Source: Candidatus Dormiibacterota bacterium (GTDB lineage Bacteria > Chloroflexota > Dormibacteria > Aeolococcales > Aeolococcaceae). Taken from it: a DNA stretch of 64,000 nucleotides. The stretch spans positions 224,001-288,000 of the forward strand of contig CAVPXI010000014.1 of NCBI GenBank assembly GCA_963709585.1, in the 5' to 3' direction. The notes beneath the pieces were generated by a model. That model was not told where the DNA came from, did no database searches, and saw nothing but the letters and a program-made list of their open reading frames with translations. Positions within the stretch are counted from its first letter, which is position 1. Each line of letters opens with the position of its first letter. Both the position numbers and the translations under genes were made by a program. Positions 21,856 to 31,372 of the stretch are shown in pieces.

Positions 21856-22547
21856 GCCCCCGCCTCTTCCGCCATCTGCTCCTGCAGCCGGCGAAGGACG
21901 TCCTGCCATGTCTCGGTCGTCCCCACAGGCCGCGCCTGGGCGCGTGGAGCAGCACGTTGAATCTTCGTGCGTGTCTTGGTGATCTCGCGCTCTCGCTTGC
22001 GATCCTGGACGGACCGGGCGGACTCGACCGCCTGGCGCACCTCGGTCTCGACCTCGGTGATCTCCTCCGCCGACGTTGCCCCGCGCAGCGACCGGCCCAA
22101 CCGCGAGGTGACCTCCGGCGGCAGTTGCGGGCCGGCGTCGCGCAGCATGTCGCTGCCGCGACGGCGCAGCAGGTCGAGCGCATGCGCGGCGCGAGCACGT
22201 TCCGCGTTGGACGCACGCTGCTGCTGGTACAGCTCCATCCCGGTCGCGATCAACTGCGGGTACTGGAATGCCTGACTGAACTTGCCGGTGTTGATGCGCG
22301 CGGTGATCTCGTCGATCGATCGCTGCAACTCGTCGCGCGGCTCACCCTCGAGGCTGCCGAGCAGATCGGCGAGAATCGGCCGTGCCTGCGCATACGCCCG
22401 CTTCACCCACGCGGGAAGGTGATGGTGCGATGGTTCCGCCACCGGCGCCGGCGTCGTCGCCCGAGGAGCGCCGACTGGACGGACGATGGCCGGGAAAGCT
22501 GTCGTGAGGGGCGCCTGCTGCTGGCCGCGTTCCCTCGTCTGGATCAC
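21852..22547 (-). CDS. Hypothetical helical/coiled-coil protein
   Basis: 231-aa ORF with genome-typical codon use, coupled to the CBS gene. Confidence 0.7.
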   Translation of the reverse strand: MIQTRERGQQQAPLTTAFPAIVRPVGAPRATTPAPVAEPSHHHLPAWVKRAYAQARPILADLLGSLEGEPRDELQRSIDEITARINTGKFSQAFQYPQLIATGMELYQQQRASNAERARAAHALDLLRRRGSDMLRDAGPQLPPEVTSRLGRSLRGATSAEEITEVETEVRQAVESARSVQDRKREREITKTRTKIQRAAPRAQARPVGTTETWQDVLRRLQEQMAEEAGA

Positions 22548-22640
22548 TGCGATACCCGCATCGTACCCGGCTTCGGGGGTGTCGCGACTTCCCCGTATAC
22601 CGATTGACTCATGATCCTGCCCTGAGCATCCCGGCAGAGT

Positions 22641-23405
22641 TTAGCGAGCGGTCGCCGCTCGATGTCGTGGGGCGCGGCCGGGCGTGGTCAGACCGAGTTC
22701 CGCCGAGGGGCAGATGTCGGCGAGGACACACTCGTGGCAGCGTGGCTTGTTGGCGATGCAGATCCGCCTGCCGTGGAGGATGAGACGCAGGCTCAACGCG
22801 GTCCATTCGCTGGCGGGGACGATGCTGCACACGTCCGCCTCGATCTTCACGGGGTCGGTCGCGGCGGTGAGGCGGAGCTTTCTGGTGAGGCGCGTCACAT
22901 GCGTGTCGACGGCGAATCCCGGCACCGCGAACGCGACTCCCAGCACCACGTTGGCGGTCTTGCGTCCCACGCCACGGAGCTGCACCAGGTCCTCCATTCG
23001 TGGCGGCACCTCGCCGTGATGCAGCCGAACGAGGTCCTGGCTCATCTCGCGAATCGCGCGCGCTTTGGAGCGGAAGAAGCCCGTCTTGTGAATGATCGCT
23101 TCGACGTCCGCCTGCTCGGCTGCCGCGAGGTCCCCAACGCTCGGGTAGCGCGCAAACAGGTTTGGTGTCACCGAGTTGACATTGACGTCGGTCGTCTGCG
23201 CACTGAGGATCACCGAAACCAGCAACTGCCAGGGATCCCCGAAGTCCAGTTCCGTATGCGCATCCCCATATTCGAGCGCAAGCCGCGCCACCACGATCGG
23301 AGCGCGCTCCCGAGCCCCCGCCGGCAATCGCCGCTTGCGCACCTTCGCCTTAGCAGGCGCCTTCGGCTTCCCTTTAGCGCCCGCGCCCTTCACCGGACTC
23401 ACCAT
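22641..23405 (-). CDS. nth: Endonuclease III (start uncertain)
   Basis: ILSAQTTD, HhH LRGVGRKTANVV, VDTHV, CIANKPRCHECVLADICP. Confidence 0.95.
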   Translation of the reverse strand: MVSPVKGAGAKGKPKAPAKAKVRKRRLPAGARERAPIVVARLALEYGDAHTELDFGDPWQLLVSVILSAQTTDVNVNSVTPNLFARYPSVGDLAAAEQADVEAIIHKTGFFRSKARAIREMSQDLVRLHHGEVPPRMEDLVQLRGVGRKTANVVLGVAFAVPGFAVDTHVTRLTRKLRLTAATDPVKIEADVCSIVPASEWTALSLRLILHGRRICIANKPRCHECVLADICPSAELGLTTPGRAPRHRAATAR

Positions 23406-23629
23406 CCCATCCAGCCCAACCGCAGCACCATATCGCGAGGACCCCCGACCCCGACCCAAATCGCATCCCCGTCACTGCCATAGGACGGCGTCCGCTCCCA
23501 ATTCAGCAGGGGCCGATGGTGAGACTGCACAGCACGCCGCATCCTACGCAGCGCTCAGCATCCGCGGGCTCGTTACAGCAGCGGGGCGTTGTGGCGGGAT
23601 TGCCGAACGATGCCAGGAGGGCTCACAGA

Positions 23630-23828
23630 CTCAGCGGGTGGCGTCGTGGGGGGCAGCGCCGCCGGAGGGTCGGGCTCCGAGGATGCGTCGCCCACCAGCC
23701 ACGACGACTCGCTCCAGGAGACCCGACCCGGAGGCGGCGAGGGGCCCCGCGACGACAGGACCCGCGCCTGAGCGTGGGGCAGGCTGACGGCGAGTGGTCC
23801 CCACGATGACAGGACCCGCCTTTGAGCG
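23630..23828. repeat. Long imperfect hairpin plus ~33-bp direct repeat (structured intergenic element)
   Basis: Arms 23630-23690 and 23702-23772 pair; 23741-23774 is repeated at 23796-23828. Confidence 0.6.
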
Positions 23829-23873
23829 AGAAGTAGCCCGGGCCAGCAGAGCGCCTGCGTAGAATCGAGCGCC

Positions 23874-24857
23874 GTGCGAAGCAAGATCACCGTCGTCGGC
23901 GCCGGCAATGTGGGCGCGACGCTGGCCCAGCGCGTGGCGGAACGCGACTACGCCGATGTCGTGCTCGTCGATATCGTCGAAGGTCTCCCTCAGGGCAAGG
24001 CCCTCGACATGCTCCAGTCGGGCCCGATCGTCGGGTACGACTCGCTGGTCACCGGGACCAACGGATACGACGAGACCGCCGGGTCGAAGATCGTCGTGAT
24101 CACCAGTGGCATCCCACGCAAACCGGGGATGTCGCGCGACGACCTGGTGATGACCAACGCCAAGATCGTGTCGGGCGTCGTCCGGCAGATCGTCGAGCGG
24201 TCCCCGGACTGCATTCTCATCGTGGTCGCCAACCCGGTCGACGCCATGACCCAGCTGTCGATGGCGGTCTCGGGCTTCCCGCGCTCGCGCGTGATCGGCA
24301 TGGCCGGCGTCCTCGACACCGCTCGCTATCGCACCTTCATCGCTCAGGAGCTCGACGCCTCCGTGCACGATGTGCAGGCGTACGTGCTCGGCGGTCACGG
24401 CGACACCATGGTCCCGCTCACGCGGATGACGACTGTCGCCGGTATTCCCGCCGCGGAGCTCATCCCCGCCGAACGCCTCGCGAGCATCGTGCAGCGTGCT
24501 CGCGACGGCGGCGCGGAGATTGTGAACCTGCTGAAGACGGGCAGCGCCTTCTATGCGCCGAGCGCCGCGGTGGCGCAGATGATCGACGCGATCGTGCTCG
24601 ACACGCGCCAGGTGCTGCCCTGCACGGTGCATCTCGAGGGCGAGTACGGCATCAACGGGCTGTTCACCGGCGTCCCCTGCAGGCTCGGCGAGGGTGGCCT
24701 CATCGAAGTGATCGATGTCGCGCTCACCGACGACGAGCGAGCCGCGCTCCACCGCAGCGCCGAGTCGGTACATCAGGTCGTCGAGGTGATGAGCTCGCGA
24801 CGCGCGGAGATCGATCCGAATCTCGGCTCACTGACCACCGGCATCAGGATCGGCTGA
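23874..24857 (+). CDS. mdh: Malate dehydrogenase (LDH-like)
   Basis: [33 protein letters not shown]. Confidence 0.96.
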   Translation: MRSKITVVGAGNVGATLAQRVAERDYADVVLVDIVEGLPQGKALDMLQSGPIVGYDSLVTGTNGYDETAGSKIVVITSGIPRKPGMSRDDLVMTNAKIVSGVVRQIVERSPDCILIVVANPVDAMTQLSMAVSGFPRSRVIGMAGVLDTARYRTFIAQELDASVHDVQAYVLGGHGDTMVPLTRMTTVAGIPAAELIPAERLASIVQRARDGGAEIVNLLKTGSAFYAPSAAVAQMIDAIVLDTRQVLPCTVHLEGEYGINGLFTGVPCRLGEGGLIEVIDVALTDDERAALHRSAESVHQVVEVMSSRRAEIDPNLGSLTTGIRIG

Positions 24858-25507
24858 GCAGCAGCTCCGGGGTGATGTCGACCAGCGAGTCGATCACGAC
24901 GTGGGCGTGACTGATGTCACCGGCCAGCGCGCCGTCCGAACGGAGCCCGATGCAGCGCATGCCCGCCGCGATGGCGGCGGTGACACCGACCGGTGAATCC
25001 TCGATGGCGACGCATGACGACGGCATCACGTCGAGCGCTCGCGCGGCGCTGATGTACACGCCGGGATCGGGTTTGCCGCGCTCCTCGTCATCCGCGCTGC
25101 ACACCGCGTCGACAAGCTCGCCGATGCCCAGCCGGTCGACCACCGCGTTGATCAGCTCTCGAACTCGACGAGGAAGCGATCGCAACGCGGAGCCCGGCGT
25201 CGCGCGCGGTGTGGATCGCCTCGACCGCACCGGGCATCGAGACGCCGTGCGCGCGCACGTGTTCGACCATCTCGCGGATGATCTCGCGCTCGACGGCGCG
25301 CGGCCGGATGCCGTTCCACGGCCGGACCCGGTAGCGGTAGTCGACGACCTCCTCGATGCGCATGCCCCAGGTCTCGCGCAGTTGCGCGTCGGTCAGCTCG
25401 ACGCCGACGCGGGCAAACACGTCGTGCTCGGTCTCACGCCACACCGGCTCGGTGTCGATCAGGACTCCGTCCATGTCGAAGACGCAGGCGGAGATCGTCC
25501 TCCCCAT
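24844..25507 (-). CDS. HAD-family phosphatase (frameshift at ~25163)
   Basis: [30 protein letters not shown]. Confidence 0.88.
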
Positions 25508-25518
25508 GAGTGGCGATG

Positions 25519-25776
25519 CTACTCCCTCGGTCCGGACGGACTGATCCGTGCCGGGGGCTCATCATCGTCAGCGCCCGGCGCCGAGATGCTGGGAATCTCC
25601 GGCGGCTCTCGCCGGTAGTGCTGCCCGAAGATCGGCCCGACGACGACCATCATGTTGAGCAACGCCTTGCGCGTGTCCGACTGCCCCCACGCCGGCGTCC
25701 GCGAGTAGAAGTAGAACCAGGCGAAGATCACGATCATCACCACGATGACCGCGCTCAGAACGAGGATGCCTATCAA
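25519..25776 (-). CDS. Small membrane protein coupled to sdhB
   Basis: TTG overlaps the sdhB TGA; 85 aa with an N-terminal TM helix. Confidence 0.55.
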   Translation of the reverse strand: MIGILVLSAVIVVMIVIFAWFYFYSRTPAWGQSDTRKALLNMMVVVGPIFGQHYRREPPEIPSISAPGADDDEPPARISPSGPRE

Positions 25777-26594
25777 TCGCCGCTGCGACCGAAGAGCTTG
25801 CGCCCGACAAAGCGCACCGGGTCCCAGTGCACATCCGCAACCCGCTCCTTGAGCGGGATGATCGCGTTGTCGGTGATGTGGATGTGCTCCGGGCACACCT
25901 CGGTGCAGCACTTGGTGATGTTGCAGTACCCGAGCCCGCCCTGCTCGCGGGTCTGCTCCCGACGATCGAGGACGTCCTTGGGGTGCATCTCCAGCGAGGC
26001 GACACGAACGAAGAATCGTGGTCCGTAGAACCGGTCGGCGTAGTCGTGGCTGCGGAGGATGTGGCAGACGTCCTGGCACAGGAAGCACTCGATGCACTTG
26101 CGAAACTCGTAGAGACGGTCGATGTCCTGCTGCGGGATCCGCCATGGCGTGCCGTCGTCGGGCGCAGCGGTGAACGGGGGAATCTCACGATTCACCTCGT
26201 AGTTTCGGGAGACGTCGGTGACCAGGTCCTTGATCAGTGGGAATGACTTCAGCGGGTGCACCGTGACCGGCCCGGCGGGGAGGTCGTCCAGACGGGTCTT
26301 GCACATCAGCACGGGGTGACCGTTGACCTCCGCGCTGCACGAGCCGCACTTGGCGGCCTTGCAGTTCCACCGGCACGCGAGATCCGTGTCAAGGTTGTGC
26401 TGCACGTAGTGCACCGCGTCGAGGATCACCATGCCGGCCACCACCGGGACCTGGTATGCGACCTCGGCCTGCTCGCCGCCCGGCACGCCCTTGAACACCC
26501 TGAGCGTCAGCGTCTCGCCGGTGAGCCCACTCGCGGTCAGCGCGTTCTCGACGGGCAGCTCGACGCTCGCGGCGGGCTGATCCACGACTGCCAT
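25773..26594 (-). CDS. sdhB: Succinate dehydrogenase/fumarate reductase Fe-S subunit
   Basis: CKAAKCGSC, CIECFLCQDVC, CNITKCCTEVCP. Confidence 0.95.
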   Translation of the reverse strand: MAVVDQPAASVELPVENALTASGLTGETLTLRVFKGVPGGEQAEVAYQVPVVAGMVILDAVHYVQHNLDTDLACRWNCKAAKCGSCSAEVNGHPVLMCKTRLDDLPAGPVTVHPLKSFPLIKDLVTDVSRNYEVNREIPPFTAAPDDGTPWRIPQQDIDRLYEFRKCIECFLCQDVCHILRSHDYADRFYGPRFFVRVASLEMHPKDVLDRREQTREQGGLGYCNITKCCTEVCPEHIHITDNAIIPLKERVADVHWDPVRFVGRKLFGRSGD

Positions 26595-28420
26595 TACTTC
26601 TTCTTCCTGGCGGTGCGGCCGGCGGGCGCCGGCTCGGTCAGATACCCCTTGGGGAGCTTGGCGGGATCGTAGAATCGGCTGCGCTCGAGGAGGAGACGGA
26701 GGTGATCGGGCAGAGGGGTGAGCGGTACGCTGACGACCTGCATCGCGTCGCCGCCGCGGCGGGTCACGAAGTTGACCTTGCCGAACGCCACCTCCTGCTC
26801 GAGGTGATCGAAGCGCCACTGCGAGCCCCGGCTCTCGCGCCGTTCAATCGCGCCGCGGACGATCGCCTCGGAGATCACCAGCATGTTGGAGACGTCGCGA
26901 CACGTGTGCCAGCCGGGGTTGAGCGCGCGACCACCGGAGACGCGGATGCGGGCGCTTCGCTCACGGAGCGAGAGGATTGCGCCGAGCGCGCGCTGCAACG
27001 ACTCCTCGCTGCGCCCGATGCCCGCATCGTCCTGCATCGCCAGCTGCAGGTCCTCGTGCAGCTTGTATGGGTTCTCAGCAGGCGCCGAGCCGTTGGCATC
27101 GCCGCCGAGCGGCCGGAGCAGGTCCGCTTGCTCGGTCGCGATCTGCGCCTCGTCGATGGCCCGGGTCGCTCCGGTCGTTCGGGCGTACTCGGCGGCGGCA
27201 TCGCCCGCGCGCCGCCCGAAGACGAGAATGTCGCCGAGCGAATTCCCGCCGAGACGGTTGGCGCCGTGCAGACCTCCGGCCGCCTCGCCGGCGGCGTACA
27301 GCCCGGGCAGCGTCGTCGCCGCGGTCTCGGGATCGACGCGCACACCGCCCATCGTGTAGTGGATCGTCGGACCCACCTCCATTGGCTGGCTGGTGATGTC
27401 GATCGATGCAAGCGCGTGGAACTGCTCGTACATCGACGGCAACTTGCGCTTGATGTAGTCGGCGCCGAGATGGCGCACGTCGAGGTACACACCGCCGTGG
27501 GGCGTGCCGCGACCGGCCTGCACCTCCTTGTAGATCGAGCGTGCCACGACATCGCGCGACGACAGCTCTTTCTTGACCGGGTCGTAGTCGAGCATGAAAC
27601 GGCTCCCCTCGGCGTTGAAGAGGAGGCCACCCTCACCGCGCACCGCCTCGGTCACGAGGATCCCGCGCGCGCCGGGTGGCCAGATCATGCCGGTGGGATG
27701 GAACTGCATGAACTCCATGTCGAGCAGATCGGCGCCGGCCTGGTATGCCATCGCTGCGCCATCGCCGGAACACTCCCAGGAGTTGGACGTGTAGCGAAAC
27801 ATCCGCCCCCATCCCCCACTGGCCAGCACGACCGCGCCGGCCTTGAACGCCACGAACGCTCCGGTGTTGCGGTTGTAACCGAAGGCACCGCACACCCGGT
27901 CACCGGACTTGAGCAGGGCGGTGAGCGTGTACTCCATGCACACGTCGACCCCCTGGGTGTGCACCATCCGGTCCTGGCAGGTGCGGATGAGCTCGAGACC
28001 GGTGCGATCGCCGACATGCGCGAGCCGCCTCCACGAGTGCGCGCCGAAGGCGCGCTGCATGATGAGCCCATCCTCGGTGCGATCGAAGATCCCACCCCAG
28101 CGCTCGAGCTCGAGGACGCGATCGATGACCTCGTGCGCGTAGAGCTCGACCATGCGCCAGTTGTTGATCAGCTGGCCGCCGAGCATCGTGTCCGCGAAGT
28201 GCACCTCCCAGCTATCCTCGGGGTCGAGATTGCCGATGCCCGCGGCGATGCCGCCCTCGGCCATGACGGTGTGGGCCTTGCCGAGCAGCGATTTGGTGAC
28301 GACGGTCACGCTGCAGCCGGCCTCCGCCGCGGCGATCGCCGCGCGCATGCCCGAACCGCCGGCTCCGACGACGAGCACGTCACATTCGATGGTGTCGTAT
28401 GGCTCGGGAGACCCTGCCAT
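26594..28420 (-). CDS. sdhA: Succinate dehydrogenase/fumarate reductase flavoprotein
   Basis: AHTVMAEGG, QFHPT, HYTMGG, HGANRLGGNSL, RESRG. Confidence 0.96.
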   Translation of the reverse strand: MAGSPEPYDTIECDVLVVGAGGSGMRAAIAAAEAGCSVTVVTKSLLGKAHTVMAEGGIAAGIGNLDPEDSWEVHFADTMLGGQLINNWRMVELYAHEVIDRVLELERWGGIFDRTEDGLIMQRAFGAHSWRRLAHVGDRTGLELIRTCQDRMVHTQGVDVCMEYTLTALLKSGDRVCGAFGYNRNTGAFVAFKAGAVVLASGGWGRMFRYTSNSWECSGDGAAMAYQAGADLLDMEFMQFHPTGMIWPPGARGILVTEAVRGEGGLLFNAEGSRFMLDYDPVKKELSSRDVVARSIYKEVQAGRGTPHGGVYLDVRHLGADYIKRKLPSMYEQFHALASIDITSQPMEVGPTIHYTMGGVRVDPETAATTLPGLYAAGEAAGGLHGANRLGGNSLGDILVFGRRAGDAAAEYARTTGATRAIDEAQIATEQADLLRPLGGDANGSAPAENPYKLHEDLQLAMQDDAGIGRSEESLQRALGAILSLRERSARIRVSGGRALNPGWHTCRDVSNMLVISEAIVRGAIERRESRGSQWRFDHLEQEVAFGKVNFVTRRGGDAMQVVSVPLTPLPDHLRLLLERSRFYDPAKLPKGYLTEPAPAGRTARKKK

Positions 28421-28421
28421 C

Positions 28422-29213
28422 TCAGAAGACGATGTGCGGGTCGATGAGGATCCCGGCGCGGAGCAGGTGGATGTAGACGTCGGTGATGACCACGCTGAAC
28501 ATGCTGCACCATGCCCAGAGCGGGTGGCGCTGGTTGAGCACGGTCACCCACTGCCACGCGCGGTAGCGCGCCTGGCCCAGCGTCGACTTCGAATAGCAGT
28601 CGAGCCCGCCGCCGACCAGGTGGCGCCACGAGTGGCAACCGAACGTGTAACCGCTGAGCAGGATGACGTTGACGAGCATGATGCCGGTACCGAGACCAAG
28701 CTGAACGTGGCCGTCGGGCGCCCAGAAGGCGAGGTACACGTCATACCAGAGGAAGCCCGTTACGATCAGCACCAGGTAGAAGAGGAAGCGGTGCAGGTTG
28801 TTGAGGAACAGCGGGAACGCCGTCTCACCGCGGTAGTTGCGGTGGCGGAGCTCCCCGACCGCGCACGACGGCGGGTCCCAGAAGAACGAGCGGTAGTACG
28901 CCTTGCGGTAGTAGTAGCAGGTGGCGCGAAACAGGAGCGGGGAGCCGAGCACCCACAGCGCCGGGCTGACCGGTCCGGTACTCCAGAGGGTCGGCGAGTA
29001 GAACGGTGAGAGATACGGACCGCTCTGGTTGATCCCGCCGGTCAGGAACGCGGTCCAGATCGAGTAGAGACCGAAGAGTCCGAGGACGGTGACGACCGTC
29101 GCCGGAAGCGCCCACCAGGGGAGCGAGTTTAGGATGCGCTCGATGTACCCGGGACCGCCGACAGCGGCGGTCGCGAGCGATGCGGGCGATACCTTGGTGA
29201 CATGGGTGGACAA
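28422..29213 (-). CDS. Membrane anchor of mycobacterial Sdh1-type succinate dehydrogenase
   Basis: SPFYSP, RATCYYYRKAYYRSF, PPSCAV, GCHSWRH; multiple TMs; first gene of the sdh operon. Confidence 0.85.
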   Translation of the reverse strand: MSTHVTKVSPASLATAAVGGPGYIERILNSLPWWALPATVVTVLGLFGLYSIWTAFLTGGINQSGPYLSPFYSPTLWSTGPVSPALWVLGSPLLFRATCYYYRKAYYRSFFWDPPSCAVGELRHRNYRGETAFPLFLNNLHRFLFYLVLIVTGFLWYDVYLAFWAPDGHVQLGLGTGIMLVNVILLSGYTFGCHSWRHLVGGGLDCYSKSTLGQARYRAWQWVTVLNQRHPLWAWCSMFSVVITDVYIHLLRAGILIDPHIVF

Positions 29214-29257
29214 GCGATGACCATCCTAACCTCGAGGCTCGCGCACGCGACCTTTGG

Positions 29258-30631
29258 TCACCCGGGCGCGGCGAGGGCTCCCGCAGGCGCCTGACGGTCG
29301 GCGAGGGACATGCCGCCGAGGTCGGAGAGCACGTTGACGACATTGCCCACCACGAGCGTCGAGGGTGGCTCGAGGCGAGCCGCACGCGCCGCCGCGGCGA
29401 TGCTTCCGATCGGAGCGCGCACCACCTGCTGCTCCGCTGTGGTCGCCTGGGACACGATCGCCGCGGGCCGGTCGGGACCGAGCACCGCCGAGAGGCGTCC
29501 GGCGATGGCGTCGAGCTCGGCCGGCATCAGAACGACCAGGGTGTCGACGCTCTTCGCAAGTTCGTCGAACGCAGCCAGATCGCCACCCGCGCGGTGACCG
29601 GTCACGAAGGCGACCGACGCTGCGACGCCCCGATGGGTCACCGGTATCCCGGCCGACGCCGGAGCCGCAAGCGCCGCGCTCACACCGGGAATCACCCGAA
29701 CCGGGACTCCGGCACGTTGCAACGCCAGGACCTCCTCGCCACCCCGGCCGAAGAGGAACGGGTCGCCGCCTTTCAGGCGCACCACCAGGTCCCCGGCGCG
29801 AGCGGCGGCGATCATCGCGTCGTTGATGCCGGCCTGCGCCGCCGACCGGCGGCCCGAGCGTTTGCCGGCATCGACGAGGCGTGCGCGGGGGCCGCAGAGC
29901 CGCAGGACCTCGGGACCGATCAGCGCATCGTGAAACACGACGTCGGCGTCGGCGAGAACAGCCCGGGTACCCATGGTCAGCAGGTCCGGATCCCCTGGTC
30001 CCGCTCCGGCGAGGACGACCTCGCCCATCGGCACCCCGCGGTCGGTGGCGTGCGCGCTCTGCTCGATCGTCAGTGCCAGGGCGGCGGCGGCGTCCTGGCT
30101 GCCCTCATGAAGCATTCCGAGCGCCCGGGATCGGAGCAGCCGCCGGTAGGCGCGCTGCTGGGCATCGCCCGAAACCCCGGCCCGGCGCAGCCGGCGTCGC
30201 ATCCGCCCCGTCAATGTCGTGAAGGGCCCCCACTCCGCGCCGAGCATCGACTCGATGCGCTCCCGCAACGCGCGCGCAAGAAATGGGCTCTCGCCGGAGG
30301 TGGAGATCGCAACCTGGAGCGGACCGCGCCGCACGAGCGCGGGAGCGATCCAGTCGCACTGCGGGGTGACGTCGACGACGTTGAGGAGCACGCGCTCGCG
30401 GTCCGCCTCGGCGCGTGCGGCCCGCTGGCCGTCCGGATCGTCGCTCGCGTCGATCGCGAGGTACGCACCCACCAGGTCACCGGGCTGAAACCCGCGCCGG
30501 AGGTGGATGGCGCTTGCGCCGCTGGCGCGAAGGCCTGCGGCTTTCTCCTCGGCGAGCGGGGTGTTGCCGAGCACGACGCAGCGCCGCTCGTGGAGATCCA
30601 GGACGACCGGGTAGTAGGCGGCCGCTTTCAT
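29258..30631 (-). CDS. cysG: Siroheme synthase (dehydrogenase/chelatase + uroporphyrinogen-III C-methyltransferase)
   Basis: YPVVLDL, AISTSGESP, GAGPGDPDLLT, RLKGGDPFLFGRGGEE. Confidence 0.92.
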   Translation of the reverse strand: MKAAAYYPVVLDLHERRCVVLGNTPLAEEKAAGLRASGASAIHLRRGFQPGDLVGAYLAIDASDDPDGQRAARAEADRERVLLNVVDVTPQCDWIAPALVRRGPLQVAISTSGESPFLARALRERIESMLGAEWGPFTTLTGRMRRRLRRAGVSGDAQQRAYRRLLRSRALGMLHEGSQDAAAALALTIEQSAHATDRGVPMGEVVLAGAGPGDPDLLTMGTRAVLADADVVFHDALIGPEVLRLCGPRARLVDAGKRSGRRSAAQAGINDAMIAAARAGDLVVRLKGGDPFLFGRGGEEVLALQRAGVPVRVIPGVSAALAAPASAGIPVTHRGVAASVAFVTGHRAGGDLAAFDELAKSVDTLVVLMPAELDAIAGRLSAVLGPDRPAAIVSQATTAEQQVVRAPIGSIAAAARAARLEPPSTLVVGNVVNVLSDLGGMSLADRQAPAGALAAPG

Positions 30632-31372
30632 CACACGGCACCTTGCCGTGCGGGCACCTCCGCCGGCTCTGGAGCGCCCGCCACCTCGATCGGCGGATGC
30701 AGCAGGCACTCCTTGTGGGCATCGCTCTCCCACCACCAGCGGCCGGCGCGTTCCTGCTCCCCGGGTTGGGTCGCCCGGGTGCACGGAGCGCAGCCGATCG
30801 ACATGTAGCCGCGGTCGTACAGCGGATGATGAGGGATGCCGTGGTCGCGGAGGTAATCCCATACCTGCTCTCGAACTCCAGGACGCGAGCGGCACCACCT
30901 TGGTCATGCCCTCGTGCCCGGGATCGCTGGCGACCACCGGGGTCGCCGCGCGCGTCGGGGTCTGATCTCGGCGGAGTCCGGTGATCCACGCGTCGTACTC
31001 CTGCAGCGCCCGCGCCAGCGGGTTCACCTTGCGCACCGCGCAGCACTGGTTGCGCAACGCCACCGACTTGCGGAACGGCATGTCGCCGTGCTCCGAGGTC
31101 ATCGCCTCCAGCTCGTTTGATTCCGGGGCGAGGATGCGCAGGCGTATCGGGAACTGCTCGCGCACATATTCGATGTAGTCGTGCGTCTCTTCGTGCAGGC
31201 GCCCGGTGTCGAGCGTGAGCACCTCGGGCGCGGGGACGATCTTGCAGGCGAGATCGATCAGGACCATCAACTCGGCCTGGAAGCTGGCGACCAGCGCGAC
31301 GCGACCGAATCTCCGGTACGTCCACGCGAGGATGTCCTCGGCGGTCGCGTTCTGCAGGTCGGTTGCGTTCAC
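30631..31372 (-). CDS. cysH: APS/PAPS reductase, 4Fe-4S type (frameshift at ~30875)
   Basis: LDTG, CCAVRKVNPL, WITGLRRDQ; after removing one base: PLYDRGYMSIGCAPCT...RAGRWWWE...KEC, with TGA overlapping the cysG ATG. Confidence 0.9.
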
